Shown here: positions 15,546-17,467 of the stretch, one piece after another
Layout of the letters: each line of letters begins with the position of its first letter
Position numbering within the stretch: position 1 is the first letter of the stretch
Origin: Vulcanimicrobiota bacterium
GTDB lineage: Bacteria; Vulcanimicrobiota; Vulcanimicrobiia; Vulcanimicrobiales; Vulcanimicrobiaceae
DNA: 17,467 nucleotides
Direction of reading: 5' to 3'
Assembly: GCA_003133025.1 (NCBI GenBank)
Contig: PKZK01000209.1
Location: 260-17,726 of the forward strand
Translations under genes and position numbers: made by a program
The notes under the pieces: model-generated
The model's input: only the letters and a program-made list of their open reading frames with translations
What the model was told of the DNA's origin: nothing
Database searches by the model: none

Positions 15546-17035
15546 GTTCTCCGACGGGCAGTGGAGTCGAACGCAGCTCCCTGCTTGCCTCGCTTGACGA
15601 TGCGCGCGTGCGCGGGCCCCTCGACGGGCGGATCGCGTCGATCGAACACGACTCCCGCCGCGTCGGGCCGGGTGCGCTGTTCGTGGCGCTGCGCGGCGAG
15701 CATGCCGACGGCCATGCGTTCGTGGCCCAGGCGCTCGGCGCCGGAGCCGGGACGGTCGTGGTCGAGCCCGATTTCGATGCGAGCGTCCTGCCGGGCGAGG
15801 CTACGGTCGTCACGGTGGCCGACACGCGCCGTGCGCTCTCACGGTTGGCCGCCGTCTTCTTCGGCCGTCCGTCGGAAGCGTTGCACGTTGCGGGCATAAC
15901 CGGCACCAACGGTAAGACGACGACGACTCATCTGCTGCAAGCGATCCTCGAAGCCGCGGGCATGCCCTGCGGCCGGCTCGGAACGCTCGGCGCGCAGTTT
16001 CGCGGCGCGATGTGGCCGCTCGAAAACACCACGCCGCTCGCGCTCGAGTTGCAAGCGATGCTCGCCGAGATGCGCGCGCGCGGCGCGCGGGCCGCGGTGC
16101 TCGAAGTCAGTTCGCACGCGCTCGCGCTCGAACGCGTCGCCGACGTCGCTTTCGAGGTCGCGGCGTTGACCAACATCACGCGCGATCATTTGGATTTTCA
16201 CGGCACCTTCGAAGCCTACGCGGCGGCAAAGCGCAAGCTCTTCGAGACGGCCCGCTTCTCAGCGTTTTGCAGCGACGACGCCTATGGCCGGCGCTGGGCC
16301 GCCGAGTTCGGCGCGGCGCACGGTGCGGCGCGCGTGACGACCTTCGGGCTCGACGAGGGCGCACGGGTGCGCGCGCGCGACGTCGCGCTCGAACCCGGCG
16401 GCAGCACCTTCACGCTCGACGGCGCGCGCGTCCGCCTGGCGTTGCCGGGCCGCTTCAACGTGCTCAACGCGCTCGCGGCCATTGCCTTGGCGCGCGCGCT
16501 CGGCGTGAGCGACGCGGTGAGCGTTGCCGCCTTGGCCGCGGTGCGTAGCGTACCCGGGCGCATGGAACACGTCGGCGACGGCAGCGTCGACGTCGTGATC
16601 GATTACGCGCACACGCCCGACGCGCTGGCCAACGTGCTGCGCGCCGCGCGCGAGACGAGCACCGGCCGCGTGATCGCGGTCTTCGGCTGCGGCGGCGATC
16701 GCGATCGCGGCAAGCGTCCCGAGATGGGCGCGGTCGCGGCGGAGTTGGCCGACGCGCTCGTGGTCACGAGCGACAATCCGCGCGGCGAGGATCCGCAGGC
16801 GATCATCGCCGGCATCGTGGCCGGCGTTCCGGCCGGCGCCCGGCTCGAGGTCGAGCCCGATCGCGGCCGCGCGATCGAACGCGCCGTGCTCGCCGCCGAA
16901 GCCGGCGACGTGGTCGTGATCGCGGGCAAAGGCCACGAGACGTATCAGATCGTCGGCGCGCGCACGCTGCACTTCGACGATCGCGACGCCGCTCGCGCGG
17001 CGCTCGCCGAGCGCGCACGGAGGGTGCGCGCGTGA
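15542..17035 (+). CDS. murE: UDP-MurNAc-dipeptide:meso-DAP ligase MurE
   Basis: GITGTNGKTT, NTTP, EVSSH, DHLDFH, DYAHTPD, FGCGGDRD, SDNPR, AGKGHE. Confidence 0.96.
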   Translation: MSSPTGSGVERSSLLASLDDARVRGPLDGRIASIEHDSRRVGPGALFVALRGEHADGHAFVAQALGAGAGTVVVEPDFDASVLPGEATVVTVADTRRALSRLAAVFFGRPSEALHVAGITGTNGKTTTTHLLQAILEAAGMPCGRLGTLGAQFRGAMWPLENTTPLALELQAMLAEMRARGARAAVLEVSSHALALERVADVAFEVAALTNITRDHLDFHGTFEAYAAAKRKLFETARFSAFCSDDAYGRRWAAEFGAAHGAARVTTFGLDEGARVRARDVALEPGGSTFTLDGARVRLALPGRFNVLNALAAIALARALGVSDAVSVAALAAVRSVPGRMEHVGDGSVDVVIDYAHTPDALANVLRAARETSTGRVIAVFGCGGDRDRGKRPEMGAVAAELADALVVTSDNPRGEDPQAIIAGIVAGVPAGARLEVEPDRGRAIERAVLAAEAGDVVVIAGKGHETYQIVGARTLHFDDRDAARAALAERARRVRA

Positions 17036-17467
17036 AGCTGCCTCTCGACGCGGCGCTCGCCGCAACCGCCGCGCGCGTGCGCAATGCAGGCGCGCTGCCC
17101 GCAGCCGCTGCCGTGACCACCGATACGCGCGCGCTCGCACCCGGCGACCTCTTCTTGGCGCTGCGCGGCGAGCGCTTCGACGGACATGCGTTCGTGCGCG
17201 ACGCTCTCGCGGCGGGCGCCGCGGGCGTCATCGTCTCCGATCCGGAAAGCCTGCCCCCCGATGCGCCCGCACTGATCGTGGAGGATACGCTCGCGGCGTA
17301 TCAGACGCTCGGCGGCCTCGCGCGCGAACTGCTCCCGTCGCGCGTCGTCGCGATCACCGGCAGCGCGGGCAAGACGACCACCAAGGAGTTGACCGCGCAG
17401 TTGCTGGCGGCGACCGGCATGGGTCCGGTCGCGGCCACGGCTGCCAACGAGAACAACGAGATCGGCG
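17032..17467 (+). CDS. murF: UDP-MurNAc-tripeptide:D-Ala-D-Ala ligase MurF, 3'-truncated
   Basis: GTGA overlap with murE and SD GGAGG; TDTR, LFLALRGERFDGH, AITGSAGKTTTKE, NENNEIG. Confidence 0.93.
   Translation, partial: MKLPLDAALAATAARVRNAGALPAAAAVTTDTRALAPGDLFLALRGERFDGHAFVRDALAAGAAGVIVSDPESLPPDAPALIVEDTLAAYQTLGGLARELLPSRVVAITGSAGKTTTKELTAQLLAATGMGPVAATAANENNEIG

Noticed and set aside
16768..16790. Possible altered MurE amino-acid specificity
   Set aside because: The canonical DNPR motif indicates ordinary meso-DAP specificity.

Overview
High-GC bacterial chromosomal window of mostly housekeeping genes, with no mobile element, CRISPR, rRNA or tRNA detected. Left part: end of ribosomal protein S1, coaE, a DUF4126-like membrane protein, a minus-strand unit (N-acyl-D-amino-acid deacylase, Crp/Fnr regulator, small His-rich protein), and a GsiB/KGG-repeat stress protein behind a SigB/SigF-type promoter. 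Middle part: a minus-strand envelope cluster (lipoprotein lytic transglycosylase, single LptF/G, LptD-like, lnt, LptC-like) interrupted by an oppositely oriented unknown lipoprotein. Right part: start of the dcw cluster (mraZ, rsmH, ftsL-like, ftsI, murE, partial murF). Lpt genes together with Gram-positive-type regulatory motifs suggest a diderm Terrabacteria lineage such as Eremiobacterota/Armatimonadota (inference only). The most notable signals are: (i) a perfect TCGAAC-N4-GTTCGA LexA-type box between the transglycosylase/Lpt operon and the dcw promoter; (ii) apparent CTG initiation of coaE, mraZ and rsmH; (iii) an antisense-embedded lipoprotein head-to-head with lnt, resembling a non-contiguous operon.
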